In this document: positions 19,219-29,880 of the stretch, piece after piece | How positions within the stretch are numbered: position 1 is the first letter of the stretch | Layout: the number at the start of each line of letters is the position of its first letter | Program-made: the position numbers and the translations under genes | From: Planktothrix mougeotii LEGE 06226 | GTDB taxonomy: Bacteria; Cyanobacteriota; Cyanobacteriia; Cyanobacteriales; Microcoleaceae | DNA: 64,000 nucleotides | Assembly (NCBI RefSeq): GCF_015207485.1 | Contig: NZ_JADEWU010000005.1 | Coordinates: 52,508 to 116,507 of the forward strand | Direction: 5' to 3' | The notes under the pieces: model-generated | The model's input: only the letters and a program-made list of their open reading frames with translations | What the model was told of the DNA's origin: nothing | The model's database searches: none

Positions 19219-19410
19219 AGTTAACAGAGGTTGAGATAAGTTGACACTCCCAGGGAGGTCAAAACCTAGATCATCAGAATGGTGTCAGAAACAATTTTAG
19301 GGTGAATAGTCAAGATGTCCTGTTGTTGCAAGAGTTTTGCTCCTAGTTATTATCTTCCAAAAATCGCTTTTTTACCCAGATTTTAAGGTAGAACTAAGGA
19401 TGGTTGACTG

Positions 19411-22341
19411 TTGTTGGTGTGGGCGAGTCGCCAGAAGTGCACCCTACTCCTTGTCTCCTCCTTTCCTCTGTTTCCCCACACCCTAAAAATAATCGGAGAA
19501 TCTTTGTCCCCAGATCGTAAATTTATTACTACTGAACCCCTGTTTATGGGGGGAGAAAAAGCCGAATCTCAAGTCTGGATGGCGATTTGTCAAAGCTTTG
19601 AGCCACGAGATTGTATTGCCTATTGGCGTTATCCGATTTTCTCGAAAAAATTGGGAACCTTTCGGAAAGAACCGGATATTTTAATCGTAGATGCAGAATT
19701 GGGATTAATTATTATTGAGGTGAAATCAATAACAATTGAGCAAATTCTAGGAATTACAGGTCATCGTTGGGAACTCCAAGACTTTTATACCACCCAGGCG
19801 AACCCCTATCAACAGGCAGAACATCAACTATTTGCCTTACTGGACTATTGCAATTTAGAAGAGATTCTGCATCATCAGGTTCCGGGTCGTGTCCTCGTCG
19901 CCTTACCTCGCATTCTTCACTCTCAATGGCAATACCGGGGATTTGATCGGTTGCCGAGTTCTCCTCCTATTGTATTTCAAGAGGATCTAGGGTTTAAGAC
20001 TGTCGAATCTTTAATTACAGCAAACACACCCTTTTTCTCGGAACCTTCACCTGTCAACGGTCAACATTCTAGTTTAATTGAAAAAATTGAGAATGCACCG
20101 TTAGTCACGCGGGGAAGTAAACTTTCTGAGGAACAATGGGCACTGTTAAAGGCGGTTATTAGTGGAACACCGTTATTTCGTCCACCGAGTCGTCGCTTTT
20201 TTTTCAGCCAAACGGAGGATTTAGAAACCGCTTTAACGCGCAGTGCAGTGTTAGCTATTGCTAGAAAACGTATTTCTGAACTGGATTTACAACAGGAACA
20301 AATTGCCAAAGTAATCCCCCCAGGGCCACAACGAATTCGGGGTATTGCAGGTTCAGGAAAAACGGTGTTACTGTGTCAAAAAGCAGCACAAATGCACCTA
20401 AAGCATCCTGAATGGGATATTGCCGTTGTATTTTTTAGTCGCAGTTTATATGATCCAATTTTACAATACATTGATCAAGGGTTAAAGCGGTTTAGTTGTA
20501 ATCAAATCAGGTATGATCCCCAGAATTCTAAATTAAAAGTTCTTCATGCTTGGGGGGCAAAGGATCAACCTGGTTTTTATCGTACTATTTGTCAAGCTGC
20601 GGGAGTTTGGAGCCAAAGTGTTCAACAAACGACTCGTTCAAACGCCAATGAAGCCTTAGCAGAAGCTTGTTATCATTTATTAGCATCGGCAACGATTCCC
20701 ACTATTTTTGATGCTATTTTAATTGATGAAGGTCAGGATTTTATTGTTGATGAAGATTTAAAATTTGAGGGAAAACAGCCTTTTTATTGGATGGCGTATC
20801 AAGCCTTACGTCCTGTTAATCGAGAAGAAGACAATAATTCTGAAATTCCTCAAAAACGATTGATTTGGGCCTATGATGAAGTTCAAAGTTTAGAAAGTTT
20901 AAAAGTACCGACGGCGAGTGAATTGTTCGGGGATGAGTGGGGACAATTGGTTACGGGAGAATATGGCAACGGAATTAAAAAAACCGAGATTATGTCTCGA
21001 TCTTATCGGATTCCAGATCCGATTTTAACGGCCGCTCACGGGATTGGTTTAGGGTTATTGCGTCCGCAAGGATTATTAACCGGAATGAAGTGGGCAGAAG
21101 ATTGGGAAATGATGGGGTATAAAGTCAAGTTAACGAATTTAAAAAAGCCAGAAAACTCTCCCTATAATTCTCCTTTAAAATCAGGTGAAACGATTACAAT
21201 TCAGCGTCCTGAAAATCATTCGCCTCATCCGGTGGCGACGTTATGGAAAAAACCTTTAATTGAATTTGAGGCCTATCGTTCTCGTTCAGAAGAATTAACC
21301 GCTTTAAGCGATCGCATTCTATACAACTTAAAAATTGATGGGTTACGTCCCAGTCGAGAAATATTAGTCATTGTGTTAGGAATAGGGTGGGAAGCGATAC
21401 AACTTGAAACCCAGATTGCTAATTGTTTAATGCAGCAAGGAATTGATATTTTCATCCCTGGAACACCAGACTGTAATATTCTCAAACCGACTTCTAATAA
21501 TACCCATGCCAATCATTTTTGGTGTGAAGGCGGGGTAACGATTTCTCGGATTCATCGAGCCAAAGGACATGAAGCAGATATGGTTTATTTGGTAGGTTTA
21601 GATCAAATTGCTAGTGCTGAAAATAACCTTAATTTCCGTAATCAATTATTTGTGGCGATGACTCGTTCACGGGGTTGGTTGAGGTTAAGCGGTTTAGGTT
21701 CCTATCCTTTTTATGAAGAATTAGCACGAGTCATTGAAAGCGGGAATACTTTAACCTTTCATTTACGGTTTCCCCCCCAACGAGATATTAGCATTACCAA
21801 TGGCGGAGAACTGCTGCGAAGATATAAGAATGGCGATCGCAATTTTCAAGGCGCAAATCTATCCGCTCTCGATTTAACGGGAGTTAATTTAAGTCATGCT
21901 AATTTAATAGGAGCCAATCTTCAACAAACCAACCTCACCCATGCTAACTTAAATTACGCTAAATTAGTAGTGGCGAATTTAAGCCAAGCTAACATGACAG
22001 GGGCTAATCTACAGCGAGTCAAATGTGTTGGGACTAATTTACAACAGACTCGATTGAATTCTTGTGATTTGAGTCGTGCAGATCTCAGTGATGCTGATTT
22101 GAGTCAGGCGCAATTGGTTCGCGCTAATCTAAAGGATGCTAATTTGAGTGGGACAAATTTAACACAGGCTGATCTTTCCGATGCTACTCTTCAGGGTGCT
22201 GTTGTCAATGAGGCCAACTGCACAGAAGTAATTCTAACAGGGACAATATTACCCGAAGGTTGGATATTTGCAGGGGCTATCGGACGACCCTCACTGAATC
22301 AATTATCATTAAAAAAAAGAGTTGAGGATGTTGAGCACTGA
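19411..22341 (+). CDS. Three-domain fusion: NERD (PD-(D/E)xK nuclease-related) domain, then UvrD-like SF1 helicase, then a C-terminal pentapeptide-repeat domain (about 26 repeats)
   Basis: EPDILIVDAELGLIIIEVKS (PD...EVK); Walker A GIAGSGKT; Walker B/motif II ILIDEGQDF; RSYRIP; motif VI VTISRIHRAKGHEADMVYLVG; VAMTRSRGWL. The C-terminal A(N/D)LSxA(N/D)L pentapeptide tandem lies at about 21810-22220. Confidence 0.8.
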   Translation: MLVWASRQKCTLLLVSSFPLFPHTLKIIGESLSPDRKFITTEPLFMGGEKAESQVWMAICQSFEPRDCIAYWRYPIFSKKLGTFRKEPDILIVDAELGLIIIEVKSITIEQILGITGHRWELQDFYTTQANPYQQAEHQLFALLDYCNLEEILHHQVPGRVLVALPRILHSQWQYRGFDRLPSSPPIVFQEDLGFKTVESLITANTPFFSEPSPVNGQHSSLIEKIENAPLVTRGSKLSEEQWALLKAVISGTPLFRPPSRRFFFSQTEDLETALTRSAVLAIARKRISELDLQQEQIAKVIPPGPQRIRGIAGSGKTVLLCQKAAQMHLKHPEWDIAVVFFSRSLYDPILQYIDQGLKRFSCNQIRYDPQNSKLKVLHAWGAKDQPGFYRTICQAAGVWSQSVQQTTRSNANEALAEACYHLLASATIPTIFDAILIDEGQDFIVDEDLKFEGKQPFYWMAYQALRPVNREEDNNSEIPQKRLIWAYDEVQSLESLKVPTASELFGDEWGQLVTGEYGNGIKKTEIMSRSYRIPDPILTAAHGIGLGLLRPQGLLTGMKWAEDWEMMGYKVKLTNLKKPENSPYNSPLKSGETITIQRPENHSPHPVATLWKKPLIEFEAYRSRSEELTALSDRILYNLKIDGLRPSREILVIVLGIGWEAIQLETQIANCLMQQGIDIFIPGTPDCNILKPTSNNTHANHFWCEGGVTISRIHRAKGHEADMVYLVGLDQIASAENNLNFRNQLFVAMTRSRGWLRLSGLGSYPFYEELARVIESGNTLTFHLRFPPQRDISITNGGELLRRYKNGDRNFQGANLSALDLTGVNLSHANLIGANLQQTNLTHANLNYAKLVVANLSQANMTGANLQRVKCVGTNLQQTRLNSCDLSRADLSDADLSQAQLVRANLKDANLSGTNLTQADLSDATLQGAVVNEANCTEVILTGTILPEGWIFAGAIGRPSLNQLSLKKRVEDVEH

Positions 22342-22509
22342 GAGTTGACCGTTGTATGTTCTGACCCCGCTACCCCCCACCCGCCACCGCGTACTCAACA
22401 AACCGCTTCGTAACTTGCCTTTCTGATGTGAAGGAGTGAGGTGTTAATCACCACACGTCCTATTTTCAGATGACACCCTTTCCCGGTTTCGATAAACAAG
22501 AACCCCGCT

Positions 22510-25500
22510 ATGATCACTTTACCTGGCTATCAGATTCTTAACCCGATTTATAATGGTTCGAGAACACTGGTTTATCGTGGGATTCGTTTGTCTGATGGTT
22601 ACCCGGTTGTGATTAAACTATTACGCAGTGAATATCCAACCGTACCCTCCCTGATTGAATTTAGAAATCAATATCGCATTGCCAAAGCTCTTAATATATC
22701 CGGTATTGTTCCGATTCTGGATTTAGAACCCTATTGTAATGGGTTTGCCTTGATTATGGCTGATCAAGGCTATATTTCACTAGCCGATTATTTAGTACAG
22801 CGAGAACTAACCTTAAGTGAATTATTAAAAATTGCCATTGAAATTACTCAAATTTTAGAACAATTGTATCAACATCGGGTCATTCATAAAGATGTTAAGC
22901 TGCAAAATATTTTAATTCACCCGGAAACTTTGAGGGTTCAACTGATTGATTTTAGTATTTCTATTCAACTCAATCATTCCCATCAAGAAGTTGTTAATTC
23001 TCAAGGATTAGAAGGAACTTTAGCTTATATGTCTCCCGAACAAACCGGACGAACCCATTGGGGTATTGATTATCGCACAGATTTGTATTCTTTAGGAGTA
23101 ACCCTTTATCAATTATTAACTCGAAAACTTCCGTTTCCATCTTCTGATCCCCTAGAGTTAATTCATGCTCATTTAGCCTTACTTCCTCAGCCTTTAAGCA
23201 AAATTAAACCAACCTTACCGATAATGCTCAATAATATTATTTTAAAATTGATGGCTAAAAATCCAGAGGAGCGTTATCAAACTCCATTAGGACTGCGCTA
23301 TGATTTAGAAAATTGTTTAGAACAATGGGAAAAGCTGGGGGATATTCCGACCTTTCCTTTGGCGACGATTGACTTAAATGATCGATTTATTATTCCGAAT
23401 AAATTTTATGGGCGAGTGCCAGAAATTGAGCGTTTAAATTCGATTTTAAACAAAGCTCAATCGGAAATTATTGTAATTACAGGTCAATCAGGAATAGGCA
23501 AGTCTGCCCTCGTTCAAGAATTCTATCAAACCGTGGCATATTGTCGAACAGGAGTTTTGCCTGTAACTCCTTGTGTCACCTTAGAGAGTTATTTTATCAC
23601 CGGAAAATTTGATCAATTTAAAACGAATACGCCTTTCTGGGGATGGGTACAAGGGATTAAACAATTAATTCAACAAGTGTTAACTGAACCTTTGGAACAG
23701 GTAGAAGCTTGGAAAAAGAAACTTTTAAATGGACTCGGAGATCAAGCCCCGGTTTTAATGGCTGTTATTCCTGAACTGAAAGTTTTATTAAATCAACAGT
23801 CTTCCCTGACTGAATTGGAGGTCAAAATTGACCTGAATCAGTTTAATCGCTTAATTCAAAAGCTAATTCAAACTTTTGCCCAACCTCATCATCCCTTAGT
23901 CATTTTTTTAGATGATTTACAATGGGCTGATGTTGAATCCTTACGATTAATTCAGGTTTTGATGAGTCCTGAACAAAATATTTATTCTACACCTCCCACC
24001 TTAGTGTTAATTTTAGCGTATCGGGATGACGAGATCGGGGAAACCCATCCTTTAATTAAAATCTTAGAAACCTTAGAAAATTCAGGAATTCCCTTACATC
24101 GAATTCCTTTAAATGCTTTAGAAGATTCTGCCATTAATCAACTGATAGCAGAAACATTAGTTTGTTCCTTAGACCGGGCTAAACCTTTGGCAGAATTAGT
24201 CAGTCAAAAAACACAAGGAAATCCTTTTTTTGTTCGTCAATTTCTCCAATCCTTATACACAGAAGAACTAATTTGGTTTAATCCGCCTCAATCTTCGTTG
24301 AAAAATCGAAATTTATTCGGAGGTTGGCAATGTAATTTAACTCAAATTAAAACCCGTTCTATTAACTCTAATATTTTAGATTTAATTCTTCATCAATTAC
24401 AACAATTACCGCCAGATACCCAAGAAATTTTAAAAATTGCGGCTTGTTTAGGAAATCAATTTAATGCAGTAGATTTAGCCACCTCAACTCAAAAAACTTA
24501 TTTAGAAACATTAAAAGCTTTAGAAATTGCTTTACAGGCTCAATTTATTGTTATTGCTAGAGATATTTATCCCTTTTATTCCTTAGAAACCGAAGTATCT
24601 TCCCCTTCACACTTTGATCCGAATGAAACCTTACCGTTGTTACAACCCGGTATTGATAAATACCAATTTATTCATGACCGGGTTCAACAAGCTGCTTATC
24701 TTTTAATTCCAACTCATCAACGACAAGCGACCCATTTGAAAATCGGAAATTCCCTTTTAAATCAAATTAAAAAACAATATTTTAATCAATCCATTAAGAT
24801 GATTTTAAATATCATTTCAACCGAAGTTTTATTAAATATTATTAATCAACTTAATTTAGGAGTCGGCTTAATTCAGGATCAAAAAGAACGAGATCAATTA
24901 GCCTTATTTAATTTAATAGCCGGACGAAAAGCGAAAATTGCCACCGCCTATCCGACAGCCATTGGACATTTAGCGATTGGTCTGGGGTTATTGGCAAGTG
25001 AAAGTTGGGAACGAGACTATCAATTAACCTTAGAATTATACACAGAAGCAGCAGAAATTGCTTATCTTAGTCAAGATTGGGAAAATTTACAGAAGTGGGG
25101 AAATATTGTTTTAGAAAATGCTAAAATATTAGGACATAAAGTAAGAATTTATGAGTTAATGATTCAAGCTTATAGAAACCAAAATCAAGATCAAAATGCG
25201 GTCAATCTTGCATTAGCTGTTTGTCAACAATTAGGGGTTACCTGGGGTGATAATTTTAGTCAAGAAAGTTGGCAAAAATTTAAGCATAATTTTATGACTG
25301 ATTTAGGGGGAAGAACACCCTTAGCGTTATTAGATTTACCCGAATTATCCGATACTAATTTAGTAAATTTATTTACAATTTTAACCTCTGCTTTTCCTTC
25401 CGCTTATCGGGTAATTCCCGAACAATTCCCATTTTGGGTTTTAAAACTCATTCATTTATCCTATCAACAAGGAAATACAACGTTATCAAGTTTTGTCTAT

Positions 25501-28500
25501 GCTGTCTTTGGATTTATTCTTTGTACCCAAGGGGAAATTGAGTTCGGGAATCAAATGGGAGAATTAGCTTTAGAATTATCGCAAAAACAAGCAAATTCCG
25601 CATTCATTATCAAAATTAAACAACTGGTTTATCGGTTTATTAAACCTTGGAAAACTTCCTTAAAGCAGGTTTTATCTCCCCTCAAAACTTGCTATTTACA
25701 AGCTCAAGAAGCTGGGAAAATTGATGAAGCTTATTGTCTCGCTCAAGCTTATCTTGAAATCGCTTATTTCACAGGAAAGGATGTCTCTGAATTGGAGCTT
25801 GAATTGAGTCAGTGTTTAAATCAATTACAAAATTTTAAATGTCCGTCAGAACTATTAATTTTTACCACCTATCATCAAAGCTTGCAAATTTTAAATGGAA
25901 AATTAGAGGGAGACACCTCATTAAATTTTACAGGTTATGCTGAAAATGGCACAATAGGAACGACTGAAATTGGATATTCGACCCAGGAAATTTCTTTTGA
26001 ACTTAGTTTAAATTTCATGGTTCTGAATTATAGATTAGATAAATTACAACAGGCGAAGGAATGGTCTCAGCAAGCTGAATACTATTTAAACCAAGACACC
26101 TATTTTGTTTTACAACCGTTTTTTTATTGTTATCAATCTTTAATTGATTTAGCAATCTACCCGGAGTTATCGCCGGAAGACCAAGTTAAAATTTTAGAAA
26201 AAGTAACTCAAAACCAAGAAAAATTAAAAGCTTTTTCTCAGGGGACTCCGATGAACTTTTCCCATCTATTTTATTTGGTGGAGGCAGAATTTAACCACAT
26301 TCAAGGAGATTATATTAAAGCCATTGAAGCCTATGAACAAGCGATTACTTTAGCTAAAACCTATCAATTTATTCAAGAAGAAGCGTTAGCAGAGGAATTA
26401 GCGGCTAAATTTTATTTAGATTGGGGGAAAGAAAAAATAGCCCGGGTTTATTTAATTGATGCCTATTATAGTTATGCTCATTGGGGTGCTTTGGCAAAAG
26501 TCAAAGATTTAGAATCTCGTTATCCTCAACTTTTACATTCTATTTTATCACAACTTGTTATTCCTACAACAGGAACAACAATCAGTAATAATGCTACAGA
26601 AACTATTATTTCTAGTAGTCATGGAGGTTCGGCTGCTCTCGATTTAGCAACGGTGACAAAAGCTTCTCAAGCTTTATCTCAAGAAATCGATTTAGAACAA
26701 CTTTTGAAACGATTAATTCAAGTGGTAATTGAAAACGCAGGAGCCGAAAAATGTTGTATTCTTTTATCTAAATCAGGAAAATTAGCGATAGAAGCAATAG
26801 CCAGTTTAAACCCGATGAACGGAGGGTCTATTGAGATTGAATCCTTATTAAAATCCGTTTCTGTAGAACAAAGTAATGCCTTACCTTTGTTAATTTTAAA
26901 TACCGTGATTCAAACCCAAGAGTTTATGATTTTAGCAGATGCTCGTCAAGAATCTCGGTATCGTAATGATCCTTATTTAATAGAACATCAATCTAAATCA
27001 ATCCTCATGACTCCCATTCAAAATCGAGGAAAATTGATTGGAATTCTATACCTTGAAAATAACTTAGCAACCGCAGTGTTTACTCCAGAACGATTAGAAG
27101 TCCTCAAAATTCTGTTTTCTCAAGCCGCGATTTCCATTGATAATGCGAAACTTTATTCTCAAGTTCGTAATAATGAACAACAGATGACGCAATTCTTAGA
27201 AGGAATTCCGGTTGGCGTTGCTGTTTTAGACCCTACGGGTAAACCCTATTTTACCAATCAAAAAGCTCAACAATTGCTCAAAACTAAAGTCACTCCTGGA
27301 TTATTTTGTGAAGCTTTATCTAATATTTATCAAGCTTATCTCAATTGGTGTCAACAGCATCAATTTGATCAATTAACACCTTATTGTGATTTATATAATC
27401 CTACACCCGATACCACGTTTATTTTAGAAGTGAATCAAGGAGAACAAACGATATTGCTTGAAAATTGGGTAACACCGACTTATGATGAAGAGGGGGATTT
27501 AATGTATGCGATTCTGGCGTTTCAAGATATCACAAAACGTCAGCAAACAGAACTGGCTTTAAGACAAGCCGAAGAAAAATATCGCAGTATATTTGAAAAT
27601 GCCAGTGAAGGCTTATTTCAAACCACCAGGGCGGGGCATTATATCAGTGCAAATCCTGCCTTAGCGAAGATTTTAGGTTATGATTCTCCTTGGGATTTAA
27701 TGTCAACGGTTATGAATGTTGAAGAACAAATTTATGTAGATTCTCAACGCCGATTAGATTTTATACAATTAATTGATCAACAAGGGGAAGTTTCAGGATT
27801 TGAATTTAAAGCCTACCGCAAAGATGGTAGCATTATTTGGATTTCAGAAAATGCACGGGCTGTCTTTAATGATCAGAATGAATTACTGTATTATGAAGGG
27901 TTTGTCGTTGATATTACAGAACGAAAAACTGCCGAAGAAGAACGCTTACAATTTATGGCAAAACTTTCAGAATTGAATCTTCATTTAGATGAAGCGTTAG
28001 ATTCGGAATTTGAACTAACGGATGCGGCGGCGCGATTTGTTCCCCATGAATTTCTATCTTTTTTAGGTTATGAAAGTATTGTAGAAGTTCAGTTAGGGGC
28101 GGCAGTTCAAAAGGAAATGTCGATTTTATTTGCTGATATTCGGGACTTTACCAGCCTTTCTGAAGGGATGACTCCTGAAGATAATTTTAAATTTATTAAT
28201 GCGTTTTTAAGTCGCATGGAACCTGCCATCGTCGAAAATTATGGTTTTATTGATAAATATATTGGGGATGAAATTATGGCATTATTTGGCGGGTCTGCTG
28301 ATGATGCAGTTCGGGCTGGGATTTCAATGATTAGCCGACTGAATGAGTATAATGAAACCCGACAACGCCCCGAACGTCCCCCGATTAAAATTGGAATTGG
28401 TATTAATACCGGAGGATTAATGTTAGGAATTGTGGGGGGTAAAAATCGACTGGATAGTACAGTGATTAGTGATTCTGTTAATGTGGCTTCTCGCATTGAG

Positions 28501-28836
28501 AATTTAACAAAAAATTATGGGGTGTCTTTATTAATTACCCATCCTACTTTTATGGCTTTAGGAAATGCCAACGAGTATGCAATTCGGATTATTGATCGAG
28601 TCAAAGTCAAAGGAAAATCTGATGCGGTAACGGTATATGAAGTATTTGATTCAGATTTGCCGGAAATAAAAGCCGGAAAACTTCGGACAAAAACCACCTT
28701 TGAATATGGATTAATGCAATATTATTTAGAATGTTACTCCGAGGCTGCTAGATTATTCCAAGAATGTCTACATTATCTTCCGATGGATAAAGTGGCTCAA
28801 ATTTATTTAGAACGCTGTTTATCTAAAATGTCCTAA
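22510..28836 (+). CDS. 2108-aa multidomain signalling protein: Ser/Thr protein kinase, P-loop NTPase (STAND/AAA_16-like), TPR-like alpha-solenoid, GAF, 2 PAS, class III adenylate/guanylate cyclase
   Basis: Kinase VVIK, HKDVKLQNIL, DFS, TLAYMSPEQ; P-loop ITGQSGIGKSAL with hhhhDD (IFLDDLQWAD); GAF (ILMTPIQNRGKLIGILYLEN); PAS; and a CHD cyclase (ILFADIRDFT, KYIGDEIMALFG, NTGGLMLGIVGG, NVASRIENL). Confidence 0.9.
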   Translation: MITLPGYQILNPIYNGSRTLVYRGIRLSDGYPVVIKLLRSEYPTVPSLIEFRNQYRIAKALNISGIVPILDLEPYCNGFALIMADQGYISLADYLVQRELTLSELLKIAIEITQILEQLYQHRVIHKDVKLQNILIHPETLRVQLIDFSISIQLNHSHQEVVNSQGLEGTLAYMSPEQTGRTHWGIDYRTDLYSLGVTLYQLLTRKLPFPSSDPLELIHAHLALLPQPLSKIKPTLPIMLNNIILKLMAKNPEERYQTPLGLRYDLENCLEQWEKLGDIPTFPLATIDLNDRFIIPNKFYGRVPEIERLNSILNKAQSEIIVITGQSGIGKSALVQEFYQTVAYCRTGVLPVTPCVTLESYFITGKFDQFKTNTPFWGWVQGIKQLIQQVLTEPLEQVEAWKKKLLNGLGDQAPVLMAVIPELKVLLNQQSSLTELEVKIDLNQFNRLIQKLIQTFAQPHHPLVIFLDDLQWADVESLRLIQVLMSPEQNIYSTPPTLVLILAYRDDEIGETHPLIKILETLENSGIPLHRIPLNALEDSAINQLIAETLVCSLDRAKPLAELVSQKTQGNPFFVRQFLQSLYTEELIWFNPPQSSLKNRNLFGGWQCNLTQIKTRSINSNILDLILHQLQQLPPDTQEILKIAACLGNQFNAVDLATSTQKTYLETLKALEIALQAQFIVIARDIYPFYSLETEVSSPSHFDPNETLPLLQPGIDKYQFIHDRVQQAAYLLIPTHQRQATHLKIGNSLLNQIKKQYFNQSIKMILNIISTEVLLNIINQLNLGVGLIQDQKERDQLALFNLIAGRKAKIATAYPTAIGHLAIGLGLLASESWERDYQLTLELYTEAAEIAYLSQDWENLQKWGNIVLENAKILGHKVRIYELMIQAYRNQNQDQNAVNLALAVCQQLGVTWGDNFSQESWQKFKHNFMTDLGGRTPLALLDLPELSDTNLVNLFTILTSAFPSAYRVIPEQFPFWVLKLIHLSYQQGNTTLSSFVYAVFGFILCTQGEIEFGNQMGELALELSQKQANSAFIIKIKQLVYRFIKPWKTSLKQVLSPLKTCYLQAQEAGKIDEAYCLAQAYLEIAYFTGKDVSELELELSQCLNQLQNFKCPSELLIFTTYHQSLQILNGKLEGDTSLNFTGYAENGTIGTTEIGYSTQEISFELSLNFMVLNYRLDKLQQAKEWSQQAEYYLNQDTYFVLQPFFYCYQSLIDLAIYPELSPEDQVKILEKVTQNQEKLKAFSQGTPMNFSHLFYLVEAEFNHIQGDYIKAIEAYEQAITLAKTYQFIQEEALAEELAAKFYLDWGKEKIARVYLIDAYYSYAHWGALAKVKDLESRYPQLLHSILSQLVIPTTGTTISNNATETIISSSHGGSAALDLATVTKASQALSQEIDLEQLLKRLIQVVIENAGAEKCCILLSKSGKLAIEAIASLNPMNGGSIEIESLLKSVSVEQSNALPLLILNTVIQTQEFMILADARQESRYRNDPYLIEHQSKSILMTPIQNRGKLIGILYLENNLATAVFTPERLEVLKILFSQAAISIDNAKLYSQVRNNEQQMTQFLEGIPVGVAVLDPTGKPYFTNQKAQQLLKTKVTPGLFCEALSNIYQAYLNWCQQHQFDQLTPYCDLYNPTPDTTFILEVNQGEQTILLENWVTPTYDEEGDLMYAILAFQDITKRQQTELALRQAEEKYRSIFENASEGLFQTTRAGHYISANPALAKILGYDSPWDLMSTVMNVEEQIYVDSQRRLDFIQLIDQQGEVSGFEFKAYRKDGSIIWISENARAVFNDQNELLYYEGFVVDITERKTAEEERLQFMAKLSELNLHLDEALDSEFELTDAAARFVPHEFLSFLGYESIVEVQLGAAVQKEMSILFADIRDFTSLSEGMTPEDNFKFINAFLSRMEPAIVENYGFIDKYIGDEIMALFGGSADDAVRAGISMISRLNEYNETRQRPERPPIKIGIGINTGGLMLGIVGGKNRLDSTVISDSVNVASRIENLTKNYGVSLLITHPTFMALGNANEYAIRIIDRVKVKGKSDAVTVYEVFDSDLPEIKAGKLRTKTTFEYGLMQYYLECYSEAARLFQECLHYLPMDKVAQIYLERCLSKMS

Positions 28837-28850
28837 GTCTTTGATATGAT

Positions 28851-29390
28851 TTGAACAATCCTTTGTGTTTTGAACCATTACCCAGTATGAGCGATTTGTA
28901 TATTTCAGCGACGGAATACCACCACAAAATTGAAACCTTAGCGGTAAAAATTTATCAGTCTCAATGGCAATTTAATCAAATTGTCTGTTTAGCGAGGGGA
29001 GGGTTACGAGTCGGGGATATTCTGTCTCGGATTTTTGAACAACCGATGGCGATTTTAGCAACATCATCCTATCATGGGCCAGGGGGAAAAGTTCGAGGCG
29101 CGATCAAAATTGCTGAACACTTAACCATGACGACGGACACCTTGGGAAGTCACGTTTTATTAGTGGATGATTTAGTGGATTCTGGGATTAGTTTACAAGA
29201 ATCTATCCGTTGGTTGCAATCTCGTTATCCTCAAATCCAAGAGATGAAAACGGCGGTTCTCTGGTATAAAAGTTGTTCAGTAATGGCTCCCGATTATTTT
29301 GTCGATTATCTAGCGGATAACCCTTGGATTCATCAACCCTTTGAATGTTATGAAAACCTGAATTTAGCCGAGTTGGAACAACAGGGTTAA
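28851..29390 (+). CDS. gpt: Xanthine-guanine phosphoribosyltransferase
   Basis: Collinear with E. coli Gpt (LARGGL..G; the PRPP loop LLVDDLVDSG; C-terminal PWIHQPFE). It starts 14 bp after the cyclase gene stop, so is probably co-transcribed. Confidence 0.8.
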   Translation: MNNPLCFEPLPSMSDLYISATEYHHKIETLAVKIYQSQWQFNQIVCLARGGLRVGDILSRIFEQPMAILATSSYHGPGGKVRGAIKIAEHLTMTTDTLGSHVLLVDDLVDSGISLQESIRWLQSRYPQIQEMKTAVLWYKSCSVMAPDYFVDYLADNPWIHQPFECYENLNLAELEQQG

Positions 29391-29599
29391 ACAAGATGAC
29401 TAATCACTTTTTCTCACCCCCTGTTCCCTACTCCCAGTAAATCGCTGTTCCCTATTCCTCTCGATAGATTGCAAAATCTTAATTTTATCGATGTAAAATA
29501 TTTGATTTTCTTAACATCTGAGGAACACACAATTTTAAAATCCTGTGTTATCTTAAAAAATGTAAACACTGAACGCATTAAACCGTTTAGGGAGCCAAG

Positions 29600-29880
29600 G
29601 AGGTGATGCCCATGATTGAAAGTAGTAAACCCATGGGTCACCGGATTGGAAAATGCCGACTGTGCGCCGGGGCTGTCATCTAGTGCAAAGTTTGTGTTCA
29701 TTTAGGACACTCGCTGACCTAGATAACCGGACTCATACTAAATGATCTTCCGGCAGTCAGGTTCTAATCCAGGAGACCCGCTAGACCGCTCTTACCCTAT
29801 TGTGAAAGCAACTGCTAACACAAACTCTGGGTGAGAGCGGATAGTTATTTTAATCCTACATTTATTATCATTTTAAAGTA
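29600..29880 (+). promoter_or_regulatory. Candidate structured cis-regulatory RNA: a B12-box-like core (CCAGGAGACC at 29769-29778) downstream of a long stem (GGTGATGCCCATG...CATGGGTCACC), followed by terminator-like stems (CCGCTCTTACCC at 29786-29797 with GGGTGAGAGCGG at 29829-29840, then a T-tract) immediately 5' of the 29885 ORF
   Basis: The 10-mer matches the cobalamin-riboswitch B12 box core, GCCGACTG resembles the conserved GCCACTG, and the expression-platform-like hairpin plus U-tract ends 5 nt before the downstream start. The other cobalamin consensus blocks are poorly matched, so the class is uncertain. Confidence 0.25.

Noticed and set aside
29414-29701. 95-aa minus-strand ORF between gpt and the PCD gene
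   Set aside because: No recognisable family. It overlaps the stem-rich candidate RNA element and is more likely non-coding.
29740-29800. tRNA-like T-loop (GGTTCTAATCC), and SRP-RNA-like CCGGAAG motif on the reverse strand
   Set aside because: The flanking bases do not form a T-stem or acceptor stem. The SRP helix-8 consensus (GGTCCGGAAGGAAGCAGC) is matched at only a few positions.
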